A program made the position numbers and the translations under genes. From positions 28,595 through 92,594 of the forward strand of contig CAYLLU010000001.1 in NCBI GenBank assembly GCA_964384845.1: a stretch of DNA of 64,000 bases. Direction: 5' to 3'. Of this stretch, positions 16,620 through 24,198 are shown piece after piece. The first letter of the stretch is position 1, and each line of letters opens with the position of its first letter. The notes beneath the pieces were generated by a model that worked only from the letters and a program-made list of their open reading frames with translations, did not search any database and was not told the DNA's origin. The stretch comes from an uncultured Dehalococcoidia bacterium (GTDB lineage: Bacteria; Chloroflexota; Dehalococcoidia; Lucifugimonadales; CAJWER01).

Positions 16620-17651
16620 ATGGCTCCAATAGAGACGATGACACCGCGTGAGAGGGTGATGAACGCGTTGGCTGGTAAGTCGGTAGACCGCACACCGGTG
16701 GCGAATCCCACCAACCTAGCCACCGTTGAGCTTATGGACCTGGTAGACGCGCCCTTCCCAGCCGCATGCCGTGACCCTGAACTAAACGCTCGGCTGGCTG
16801 CCACGGGGCACACCGAGTTGGGATTCGACAGCATCTCGCCGTACTTCACCATCATCCAAGAGTCCTCGGCACTAGGCTGCGAGATGCAGTGGGAGCAAAA
16901 GGACAACTGGCCTACGGTGCGCATGACCAAACCCATTTGGCAGGGTCCCGACGACGTCCAGTTACCAACGGGCTTCCTAGATCACCCAGACTGCCTAGCA
17001 GTCACTGATTCCATCAAGCTGCTCAAGCAGGAGTTTGGCCATCGTGTAGCCATTATAGGCAAAACGATGGGACCGTGGACACTGGCCTACCACGTGTTCG
17101 GGGTCGAGAATTTCCTGCTAATGTCCATCGACGACCCGAACACGACGATGGCGGCGATGCACAAGCTCAAGGAGATATCAGTGCTGTTCGGCCAGGCTCA
17201 GATAGACGCAGGGGCCGATGCCCTCACGTTCCCAGACCATGCCACAGGTGACTTAGTCTCTGGCGCGTATTACACGAAGTTCCTCCTGGAGATTCACCAA
17301 GAGATGACTGAACGCCTCGACGTGCCACTCATCCTGCACATTTGCGGCAAGACCCTGGACCGCATGGACGCCATAGCCCAGAACAACATGGCGATGTTTC
17401 ACTTCGACTCCATGAACGACCCTCAAGCAGCCATGGACATTGTCGATGGGCGAATAGGCCTGGTCGGCAACATCAACAATCCGCAGACCCTGTACGCCCG
17501 AGGTCCGAAAGAGGTCAGGCAAGAGGTGTACCGATGTATGGATGCAGGCGTAAACATGATCGCTCCCGAGTGTGCGATTCCACTGGCTACCAAGCTGGAG
17601 AACCTGCTGGAGATCCCACAGGCCGTCAAGGATTGGACAGACGAGCATTAG
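16620..17651 (+). CDS. uroporphyrinogen-decarboxylase-fold methylcobamide methyltransferase (MtaA/MtbA/MtsA/CmuA family)
   Basis: N-terminus MTPRERVMNALAGKSVDRTPVANP and the Zn site His-x-Cys (LILHICGK) plus a downstream Cys (IAPECAIP). Start moved to ATG 16620 (GGAGAGG SD 7 nt upstream); the track ORF starts at GTG 16602. Confidence 0.8.
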   Translation: MAPIETMTPRERVMNALAGKSVDRTPVANPTNLATVELMDLVDAPFPAACRDPELNARLAATGHTELGFDSISPYFTIIQESSALGCEMQWEQKDNWPTVRMTKPIWQGPDDVQLPTGFLDHPDCLAVTDSIKLLKQEFGHRVAIIGKTMGPWTLAYHVFGVENFLLMSIDDPNTTMAAMHKLKEISVLFGQAQIDAGADALTFPDHATGDLVSGAYYTKFLLEIHQEMTERLDVPLILHICGKTLDRMDAIAQNNMAMFHFDSMNDPQAAMDIVDGRIGLVGNINNPQTLYARGPKEVRQEVYRCMDAGVNMIAPECAIPLATKLENLLEIPQAVKDWTDEH

Positions 17652-17866
17652 GGGACAGGAGGACTGCGCAAGACTAGGGACACAGCCGATTTTATCCCGG
17701 GATAGCGCGAAGATCGCAGTTCCACCCCCAAGAGTATCATGGGATTCCCCTCAATAGTCAGGATTCGATATTGTCACTTGCTGTGCGTGAACAATCTGCA
17801 CCGATCTAGTAATATCGTCAGTGTTCGATTAGCCCATAATCCCTAGGACGAGCCAGAACAAGAAGT

Positions 17867-18907
17867 ATGCCAAGAGTAGTTGAATCGACAGATCAGTTCA
17901 CGATTATTGGGGAGAACATCCACGCAACACGGGTCGTCCTGCGCGATGGACGGCGGGTGAAGACACTTGACAACGGTACCGAGGTGGTGCCCTTCAAAGG
18001 GGAGTTAGGCGAGGACAGATACCTGACGGTCCCCGAATGGTACAAAAAGACGCAGCCATACGACTTAGGGCAGATCAAACATTTTTTGATCGCGGTGATG
18101 AAAGGCATCGACTGCGATCCTTCCGAACAAGAAGAAGGCACGGCCTACGTCCTCTCTGAGGTCAGGCGGCAGGTGAAGGCAGGATCCGACTATCTGGACC
18201 TAAACGTGGATGAGATCTCACCGAAGCTCGACGTGCAGTTTCGGGGTATGAGGTGGTTGGTCGACACGGTTCAATCGATTTCGCCGGTACCATTAAGCGT
18301 GGACTCTTCGAACTCAGACATCATCGCTGAGGGACTGGCAGTTTGCGACGCCCGTGCCGGCAGGCCAATCGTCAACTCCGTAGCCCTGGAGCGGATCGAG
18401 GCACTGGATCTGGTCAAAAAGCACGACGCCAAGGTGGTAATAACCGCGGCCGGCGCCTCTGGCATGCCCTCCAACGATGTCGAACGCTTAGAGAATGTGG
18501 CCGAGATTATGGAGTCCGTACGCAGTAGGGACGTGGCTTTGAACGATGTATTCGTAGACCCGCTGGCCTTCCCGATTTCCGTCGATCCTAACTATGGCAG
18601 CCACTTCTTCGACACTGTGCGAGAACTGCGGGAGACATATGGCAACGAACTTCACGTCACAGGTGGCCTGAGTAACGTCTCGTTTGGCCTGCCCAGGCGC
18701 AAGTTAATCAACGACACCTTCATATACTTAGCATTGGGAGCGGGCATCGACAGTGGAATCATCGACCCTCTCCAGAGCAAGATGAGTGCCGTGTTCAACT
18801 TGGACACAGAGTCGGAGCCGGTGAAGCTCGCCATCGACATGCTTATGGGACATGACGATTTTTGCATGAACTATATCCAGGCGTTCCGGGACGGACGTCT
18901 CGGGTAA
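17867..18907 (+). CDS. pterin-binding methyltetrahydrofolate:corrinoid methyltransferase (MetH pterin module / AcsE / MtrH-like)
   Basis: MetH-like motifs IIGENIH, YLDLNVDE, PLSVDSSN, IVNSVALE and GGLSNVSFGLP. Confidence 0.85.
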   Translation: MPRVVESTDQFTIIGENIHATRVVLRDGRRVKTLDNGTEVVPFKGELGEDRYLTVPEWYKKTQPYDLGQIKHFLIAVMKGIDCDPSEQEEGTAYVLSEVRRQVKAGSDYLDLNVDEISPKLDVQFRGMRWLVDTVQSISPVPLSVDSSNSDIIAEGLAVCDARAGRPIVNSVALERIEALDLVKKHDAKVVITAAGASGMPSNDVERLENVAEIMESVRSRDVALNDVFVDPLAFPISVDPNYGSHFFDTVRELRETYGNELHVTGGLSNVSFGLPRRKLINDTFIYLALGAGIDSGIIDPLQSKMSAVFNLDTESEPVKLAIDMLMGHDDFCMNYIQAFRDGRLG

Positions 18908-19017
18908 AGCCAAAATACCTGCTTCCTCGTAGCTGCAATGATTGACAAATCCACCCTTGTCACCAAATAATTGACTACTGGATATCCAATGGAACAACTG
19001 AACACCGGAGGCGACAA

Positions 19018-19773
19018 TTGACCACAGGCCACGAGGGTCTTGAGCAGGAAATTCAGTATGTGACGAAGCCATTCGAGGTGAAGCATATTCGCTCACTTTT
19101 CGAGGGCACAGATCCATTGATGCATGAGATCGCGTACAGTCTGATCAAGGGCGATCAGCACGAAGTGGGCCGGATGACCAGACAGGCCCTCGACGACGGG
19201 TTCGACGCCAACACGGTCCTCGACGACGGTCTAATAGCTGGGATGGCTATTGTCGGGATAAAGTTTCGCGATAACATCATCTTCGTTCCCGAGGTCCTGA
19301 TCTCGGCCCGTGCGATGAAGGCGGGCATGGCCCACATCGACCCGATCCTGTCAGCGTCTGGCATCGAGCCCATCGGCACGGTAGTGATAGGAACGGTGAA
19401 AGGCGATCTCCACGACATTGGTAAGAATCTTTGCATAATGATGCTCCGTGGATCGGGCTTCACTGTTCATGACCTCGGCGTCGATACTAAGCCCGAAGAG
19501 TTTATTGACGCGGTGACCGAGCACGAGGCACAAGTGTTGGGAATGTCGGCGCTCCTGACAACAACCATGCCAAACATGGGCCGTACAATCCAGGCATTTG
19601 AGGACGAGGGGATGCGTGAAGAAGTCAAGATCATGGTAGGCGGGGCCCCTGTAACACAGGAGTTCGCCGAAGACATGGGAGCAGACGGCTACGGTAAGGA
19701 CGCCATCGCCTGCGTCGACATGGCGAAAGAGCTACTCGGGGTCGGGATAAATGGAACGACGCCCACCGAATAG
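19018..19773 (+). CDS. corrinoid (B12-binding) protein
   Basis: Cap helix bundle followed by a Rossmann domain with base-off/His-on signature GDLHDIGKN, plus MSALLTTT and MVGGAP. TTG start with GGAGG 6 nt upstream. Confidence 0.85.
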   Translation: MTTGHEGLEQEIQYVTKPFEVKHIRSLFEGTDPLMHEIAYSLIKGDQHEVGRMTRQALDDGFDANTVLDDGLIAGMAIVGIKFRDNIIFVPEVLISARAMKAGMAHIDPILSASGIEPIGTVVIGTVKGDLHDIGKNLCIMMLRGSGFTVHDLGVDTKPEEFIDAVTEHEAQVLGMSALLTTTMPNMGRTIQAFEDEGMREEVKIMVGGAPVTQEFAEDMGADGYGKDAIACVDMAKELLGVGINGTTPTE

Positions 19774-19833
19774 TCAAACAGGTTCCATTATCCAGACAGC
19801 GCCTCCTCTTTCATCTCTGCAAGGGCTATAGCG

Positions 19834-20076
19834 TTGGACCACCCCGTAGACAAGAAGCGCTATGAGGCCTCGATAGCCCGTCTGCACACCATCTTTGAGG
19901 GGATGTCCCAGACAACGAACGAGGTTTCGGCTTGGCGCTGCCCGTATAAGAGCGCCGAGAGCCGCTGCACAGCCGAATTCGGGTGCCGCAACCAGGACCG
20001 CTCGACACCCGCCGAAGAAGCTTTCATCTGCACCGGCAGCGACGACCTGGACTACCGCCAATTTTGGGATATGTAG
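19834..20076 (+). CDS. hypothetical small four-cysteine protein (80 aa)
   Basis: ORF directly after the corrinoid protein. Cysteines occur in WRCPYK, SRCTAEF, FGCRNQ and FICTG. The TTG start is uncertain (ATG 19903 is an alternative) and no convincing SD was found. Confidence 0.35.
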   Translation: MDHPVDKKRYEASIARLHTIFEGMSQTTNEVSAWRCPYKSAESRCTAEFGCRNQDRSTPAEEAFICTGSDDLDYRQFWDM

Positions 20077-20161
20077 TGTGTCGCGATACTGCACATATAT
20101 ATTAGAGCTGGGGTTGGGTGCTGCCAATTCTTGAACCTTAAGCGCAAGACGGTTTTGAAAC

Positions 20162-20210
20162 CAGAACTAGCCCCCAAATGCCAGAACCTACTTCCTATGT
20201 CAGAACCTAA
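20162..20210. repeat. three direct copies of CAGAAC(C)TA at about 20-bp spacing
   Basis: CAGAAC occurs at 20162, 20182 and 20201 (cagaactag / cagaacctac / cagaacctaa). The copies are preceded by the palindrome GGTTTTGAAACC (20151-20162). Confidence 0.6.
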
Positions 20211-20292
20211 GATCATGCCACATTCACGATACGCAGTCTTTACAAAATGGCTCATGGGCTTGCTGCCCAGACGTAGTCTCCGTCACGTATAA

Positions 20293-20499
20293 TTCTTCCA
20301 CAACGAGGTGTATCGCATCTCGGTGCCGAACGGGATATTAGACAGTCTGCGAGTTGCCAGTGATAGTACGGCCGACGTCGCAGTTGAATTTGCTCGCAAG
20401 CTGCTGGACGAGGTGTCTGGGATAATCAGCGGAGTCTACCATATGCAGCAATTCGATAGGTACGACAAGGTGTTCAACATAGTCGCAGGCTCCAGATGA
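20293..20499 (+). pseudogene. metF: 3' remnant of methylenetetrahydrofolate reductase
   Basis: The frame is open only from 20293. The product VYRISVPNGILDSLRVASDSTADVAVEFARKLLDEVSGIISGVYHMQQFDRYDKVFNIVAG aligns by eye with the last ~60 residues of MetF (V.IP..+...L....D....G...A..+...L...GV...H......R......I). The remaining ~220 codons are missing. Confidence 0.55.
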
Positions 20500-20536
20500 T
20501 GGCAGAACGATCACAGTTCAGTCAGGTGATAGTGTA

Positions 20537-22156
20537 ATGAGCCCCCTCTACTACTCCACCGAATCACTAGAATTGGTTGAGGGCAAGAGCCTGTTCGACT
20601 ATGCCGATTCCATGAACGTGAGAGTCCCCACCTCATGTGGAAGAAGTGGCGAGTGTCACGAGTGCATCGTGGAGGTGAAGCGCGGACTGGATGCACTAAC
20701 GCCACTGGAGGACTCTGAGGAGTTCCTCAGAGGTAACTATCGCCTGGCGTGTAGAGCGCGGGTAAAAGACACCTCGGCAGACATCGAATTCGCTGTGCTC
20801 CGCCGCCAACCGCGAATACTCACAGAGTCAATAAGTCGGGACATCACGCTGGAGCCCATGGCAGTACGTCAGGGGCAGGATGTCTATGTCGGCGGCAAAC
20901 GCGTTGATGCTTACCGCGGGCAGATGTACGGTCTAGCCATCGATGCTGGCACCACCACGGTGATCCTCAACCTGGTAGATCTGGAATCGGGTGAGACTAT
21001 TCATACTGCCTCGTTCGAGAATCCCCAGAAGTTCGGCGGCAGCGACATCATGCACAGGATCTCCTACGATGGAGGCGCATATAAGGGCGAGCTTCAACAG
21101 GTGATGCTTTCCTCAATCAACTTCGAGATTGGCGAGATGAGTCGCCTCCTGCACTTCCACCGAAGACGCATCTACGACGTTGTGTTGGTGGGGAACACGA
21201 CAATGCGCGACATCCTGTTTGGGGTTGATGTGCAGTCCATCGGAGAAAGGCCGTACAAATCACTGACCGAGCTTGCAGTGGAGGATGGAAAGCGCAACAC
21301 AACGGCTATCAACGTGACGGCGAAGAAGTTGGGACTCCGGGTGTTCCCGCAGGCGAACATCTACAGCGGCCCTCTGATCGGCTGCCACGTGGGCACGGAC
21401 GTGGCAGCAGACTTGCTAGCCATCGGCATGGACGAGACAGATGAGACTGTGATGCTAGTGGACGTCGGGACCAACACTGAGGTCATAGTGGGCAACCGCC
21501 ACCGGCTGATGGCAGCGTCATGTCCTGCAGGGCCGGCCTTCGAGGGCGGTGAGGTCGCTTACGGGATGCCTGGATACGAGGGCGCCGTCGAGACCGTAGA
21601 GATTGTGGACGGCAAAACGCGTTACACCACAATCGGAGGAGTACAGCCCCAGGGGATATGCGGCTCCGGCCTTGTGGACCTGCTAGCTGAACTGAGACGT
21701 ACAGGGGCCATGAACCAACTTGGCGTGTTCGGCAACGGGTCAGACCACTTCTATTTCGTGCCTGAAAATGGTATGTCGGTATCCAGATCTGACGTCAGCG
21801 CGCTCGCGCAAGCCAAATCGGCCAACTACTGTGGGCAGCGCATTGTACTAAGACATTACGGTGTGCCCTTGGGTGGTATCTCGAAGTTGTACCTCGCAGG
21901 CGGCTTCGCTAACTATGTCGATGTGGCCAACGCCATTCGTATCGGCTTCATTGCAGATGTCCCACAGGAACGTGTTTCGAAGGTGGGCAACGCTGCCCTA
22001 GAAGGAGCCACGATCATGCTCCGGTCTACTAGGATGCGGCGGGTCATCGAGAATTTGGTCGGACAGATCGAGCACGTGGAACTGGAGACCACTCCAGACT
22101 TCTTCGACATCTTCGTCGACGGCTGCATGTTTGATCCCATGGATGCCGTCCTCTAG
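20537..22156 (+). CDS. reductive activator of corrinoid proteins (RACo/RamA-like; 2Fe-2S ferredoxin domain + ASKHA/DUF4445 ATPase)
   Basis: N-terminal plant-type ferredoxin cysteines (SCGRSGECHECIV...LACRA). ASKHA phosphate motifs AIDAGTTTV and VDVGTNTE. 539 aa, typical of the family. Confidence 0.85.
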   Translation: MSPLYYSTESLELVEGKSLFDYADSMNVRVPTSCGRSGECHECIVEVKRGLDALTPLEDSEEFLRGNYRLACRARVKDTSADIEFAVLRRQPRILTESISRDITLEPMAVRQGQDVYVGGKRVDAYRGQMYGLAIDAGTTTVILNLVDLESGETIHTASFENPQKFGGSDIMHRISYDGGAYKGELQQVMLSSINFEIGEMSRLLHFHRRRIYDVVLVGNTTMRDILFGVDVQSIGERPYKSLTELAVEDGKRNTTAINVTAKKLGLRVFPQANIYSGPLIGCHVGTDVAADLLAIGMDETDETVMLVDVGTNTEVIVGNRHRLMAASCPAGPAFEGGEVAYGMPGYEGAVETVEIVDGKTRYTTIGGVQPQGICGSGLVDLLAELRRTGAMNQLGVFGNGSDHFYFVPENGMSVSRSDVSALAQAKSANYCGQRIVLRHYGVPLGGISKLYLAGGFANYVDVANAIRIGFIADVPQERVSKVGNAALEGATIMLRSTRMRRVIENLVGQIEHVELETTPDFFDIFVDGCMFDPMDAVL

Positions 22157-22174
22157 CCCGAAGGAGAGTTATAT

Positions 22175-23167
22175 ATGAACAGAAAAGTGTTGATTACAGA
22201 CTATGTTTGGCCAAGTGTGGAGCCCGAGAAGGCGGTACTGGCCGCAGGTGGAGCGGAGGTAATAGTAGCCCCAGACGGCTCCGAGGACACTCTGGTAGAG
22301 ATGGTTAAGGATGTTGACGGGATATTGACATGTTTCGCCAAGGTCACCGATCGTGTGGTCCGTGCGGCTGAGAAGTGTGTGGTCATTGGACGCTACGGCG
22401 TCGGCGTGGATAACATCGACGTAGATACGGCCACCGCGTTGGGTATCGCCGTCACCTACGTGCCTGACTACTGCATCCCCGAGGTATCGGACCACGTCAT
22501 GGCGATGTTACTAGCCTGGAATCGTCGCATCGTGTTCTTTGACCGTGCAACGAAGACGGCGGGATGGGGTACTGAGGGACTGAGCATGCGCATCATGCGG
22601 CTGGATGGCAAGAAGCTTGGAATCGTCGGCTTCGGTCGTATTGGACGTAGCGTGGCAAACAGAGCACGTGCTTTCGGATTGCAGGTACTGGTGGCCGATC
22701 CCTTTGTGACCTCAAAGGCAGCACAGGACGCCGGTGCAATGAAAATGGAACTGCCAAAGTTACTCTCAGAATCAGATTTCGTGACGCTCCACTCTCCGCT
22801 CATTCCACAAACCCAAGATCTGTTGGGTAAAGACGAGTTCGCGGTGATGCGACCCGACGCCTTTTTAATCAACGCCGCACGTGGCGGACTTATTGACTAG
22901 GACGCCCTCTTCAACGCATAGACATCAGGGCAGATTGCGGGTGCCGGCCTGGATGTACTGGTGGACCTTGACCCGCCACTTGACCATCCCATTACGCAGC
23001 TCCCAAACGTGATTGTCACACCACACACGGCTTTTTTCTCTCAGGAAGCAGTGTTGGAGCTGGAAGAAAGAGCCGCCAGCGAAGTAGTCAGCGTGCTCCA
23101 AGGTAAAATGCCGGACAATCTGGTGAATCCAGCGGTGCAGGACCACGCCCGACAGCAGCTGGGATGA
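22175..23167 (+). pseudogene. D-isomer-specific 2-hydroxyacid dehydrogenase (CtBP/PGDH-like) interrupted by two in-frame TAG codons
   Basis: One frame runs from 22175 to 23167, with GIVGFGRIGRSVA (NAD site), NAARGGLID and VIVTPHTAF. It is broken only by TAG at 22898-22900 and TAG at 22919-22921: LID-TAG-DALFNA-TAG-TSGQIAGAGLDV, where the family consensus reads L[IV]DE.AL..AL.SG.IAGA.LDV. Confidence 0.75.
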
Positions 23168-23272
23168 TCGATGGATCAGGGAAGTATGTCAGCACTTCCG
23201 GGTAGGCTCCGTATGCCCCACCCCACCAAGATACGCGATTATGACGCACGTCCCATGCCCGAGTGATTTCAC

Positions 23273-23307
23273 CACGGAGAAGTCATCAAGTGCGTTTTTC
23301 CTCCGTG
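23273..23307. terminator. hairpin between convergent genes (candidate bidirectional terminator)
   Basis: CACGGAG (23273-23279) pairs with CTCCGTG (23301-23307). T-run on the plus strand (GCGTTTTTCC). Lies between the 3' ends of the dehydrogenase and the SDR. Confidence 0.45.
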
Positions 23308-23324
23308 CTCTCAACAGTGAACTC

Positions 23325-24101
23325 CTAGATCAGAGAGCCACCCTGTCCTCCGTCGACTGGAATGCATGCACCTGTGATCATACCCGCACGGTTCGATGAT
23401 AGGAACGTCACCATATCGCCTACGGGCTCCGGCCATCCCCACTTGCCCATTGGCAAGTTCTGAGAAATGAACTCCTCGACAACCTCTGCTGAATTGTTCT
23501 GCTCATAGCGTTCCCAACTACCACCCGGGTGTTTGATTGAGCCAGGAGCGATGCTGTTGACCAGCACCCCTGTCTTTGCCAGCGAGCGTCCAGCATGGTT
23601 AGTAGCCGCTATGAGGGCCGCTTTCGCAGCCATGTAGGAGAGCTTGCCGCCATACTCGCGACCATAAATCGAGGCTATGTTGATGATCCGGCCCCATGCC
23701 TGCTGTTTCATGTGAGGGATCACCAACTCCATGAGTCGGAAGCTCCCGAAGATATTCAGGTCGAATATGGCCTTGAAATCGTCCAGTGAGGTGTCCTCGA
23801 TATTTGCCGTAGAGCCGCTGCCACCCGCATTGTTCACCAGGATGTCTATGGATCCTAGACTTGTAACAACTTCATTGTGAAGGCCATCCAATGAAGCGGG
23901 GTCCGACACATCCGCGATGACACCTATCGACGACACACCCAGCGCCTCGAGATCGCCAACAGTGGTGTCCAGGGTCTCCCGGCTACGCCCACAAATGGCT
24001 ACGTTGACACCCTCACCCGCCAGGGACAGGGCGGCAGCCCGGCCTAATCCCCTGCTCCCACCAGTCACAAGGGCGATTTTGCCTGCTATTCTCAAATCCA
24101 T
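23325..24101 (-). CDS. SDR family oxidoreductase (FabG-like)
   Basis: KIALVTGGSRGLGRAAA, NNAG, and YMAAKAAL (YxxxK). Confidence 0.85.
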   Translation of the reverse strand: MDLRIAGKIALVTGGSRGLGRAAALSLAGEGVNVAICGRSRETLDTTVGDLEALGVSSIGVIADVSDPASLDGLHNEVVTSLGSIDILVNNAGGSGSTANIEDTSLDDFKAIFDLNIFGSFRLMELVIPHMKQQAWGRIINIASIYGREYGGKLSYMAAKAALIAATNHAGRSLAKTGVLVNSIAPGSIKHPGGSWERYEQNNSAEVVEEFISQNLPMGKWGWPEPVGDMVTFLSSNRAGMITGACIPVDGGQGGSLI

Positions 24102-24198
24102 GTTCCCTCCGTGTTGTTTACCGCAGAGATCACAAAGTATGCAAATATTTCAATATGTATCAGAATATTGACTCTATGGTGTCCGCGATGGCGATACC

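Noticed and set aside
22898-22921. Pyrrolysine decoding of the two in-frame TAG codons, prompted by the adjacent corrinoid methyltransferase genes
   Set aside because: - No pylT-like sequence (no CUA-anticodon tRNA with GGACTCTAAATCC) and no pylSBCD is in the window.
- No MttB, MtbB or MtmB gene is present.
- TAG terminates several confident genes here.
- The positions correspond to ordinary Glu and Leu residues.

The double-TAG itself is kept as a separate finding, but the Pyl explanation is not supported.
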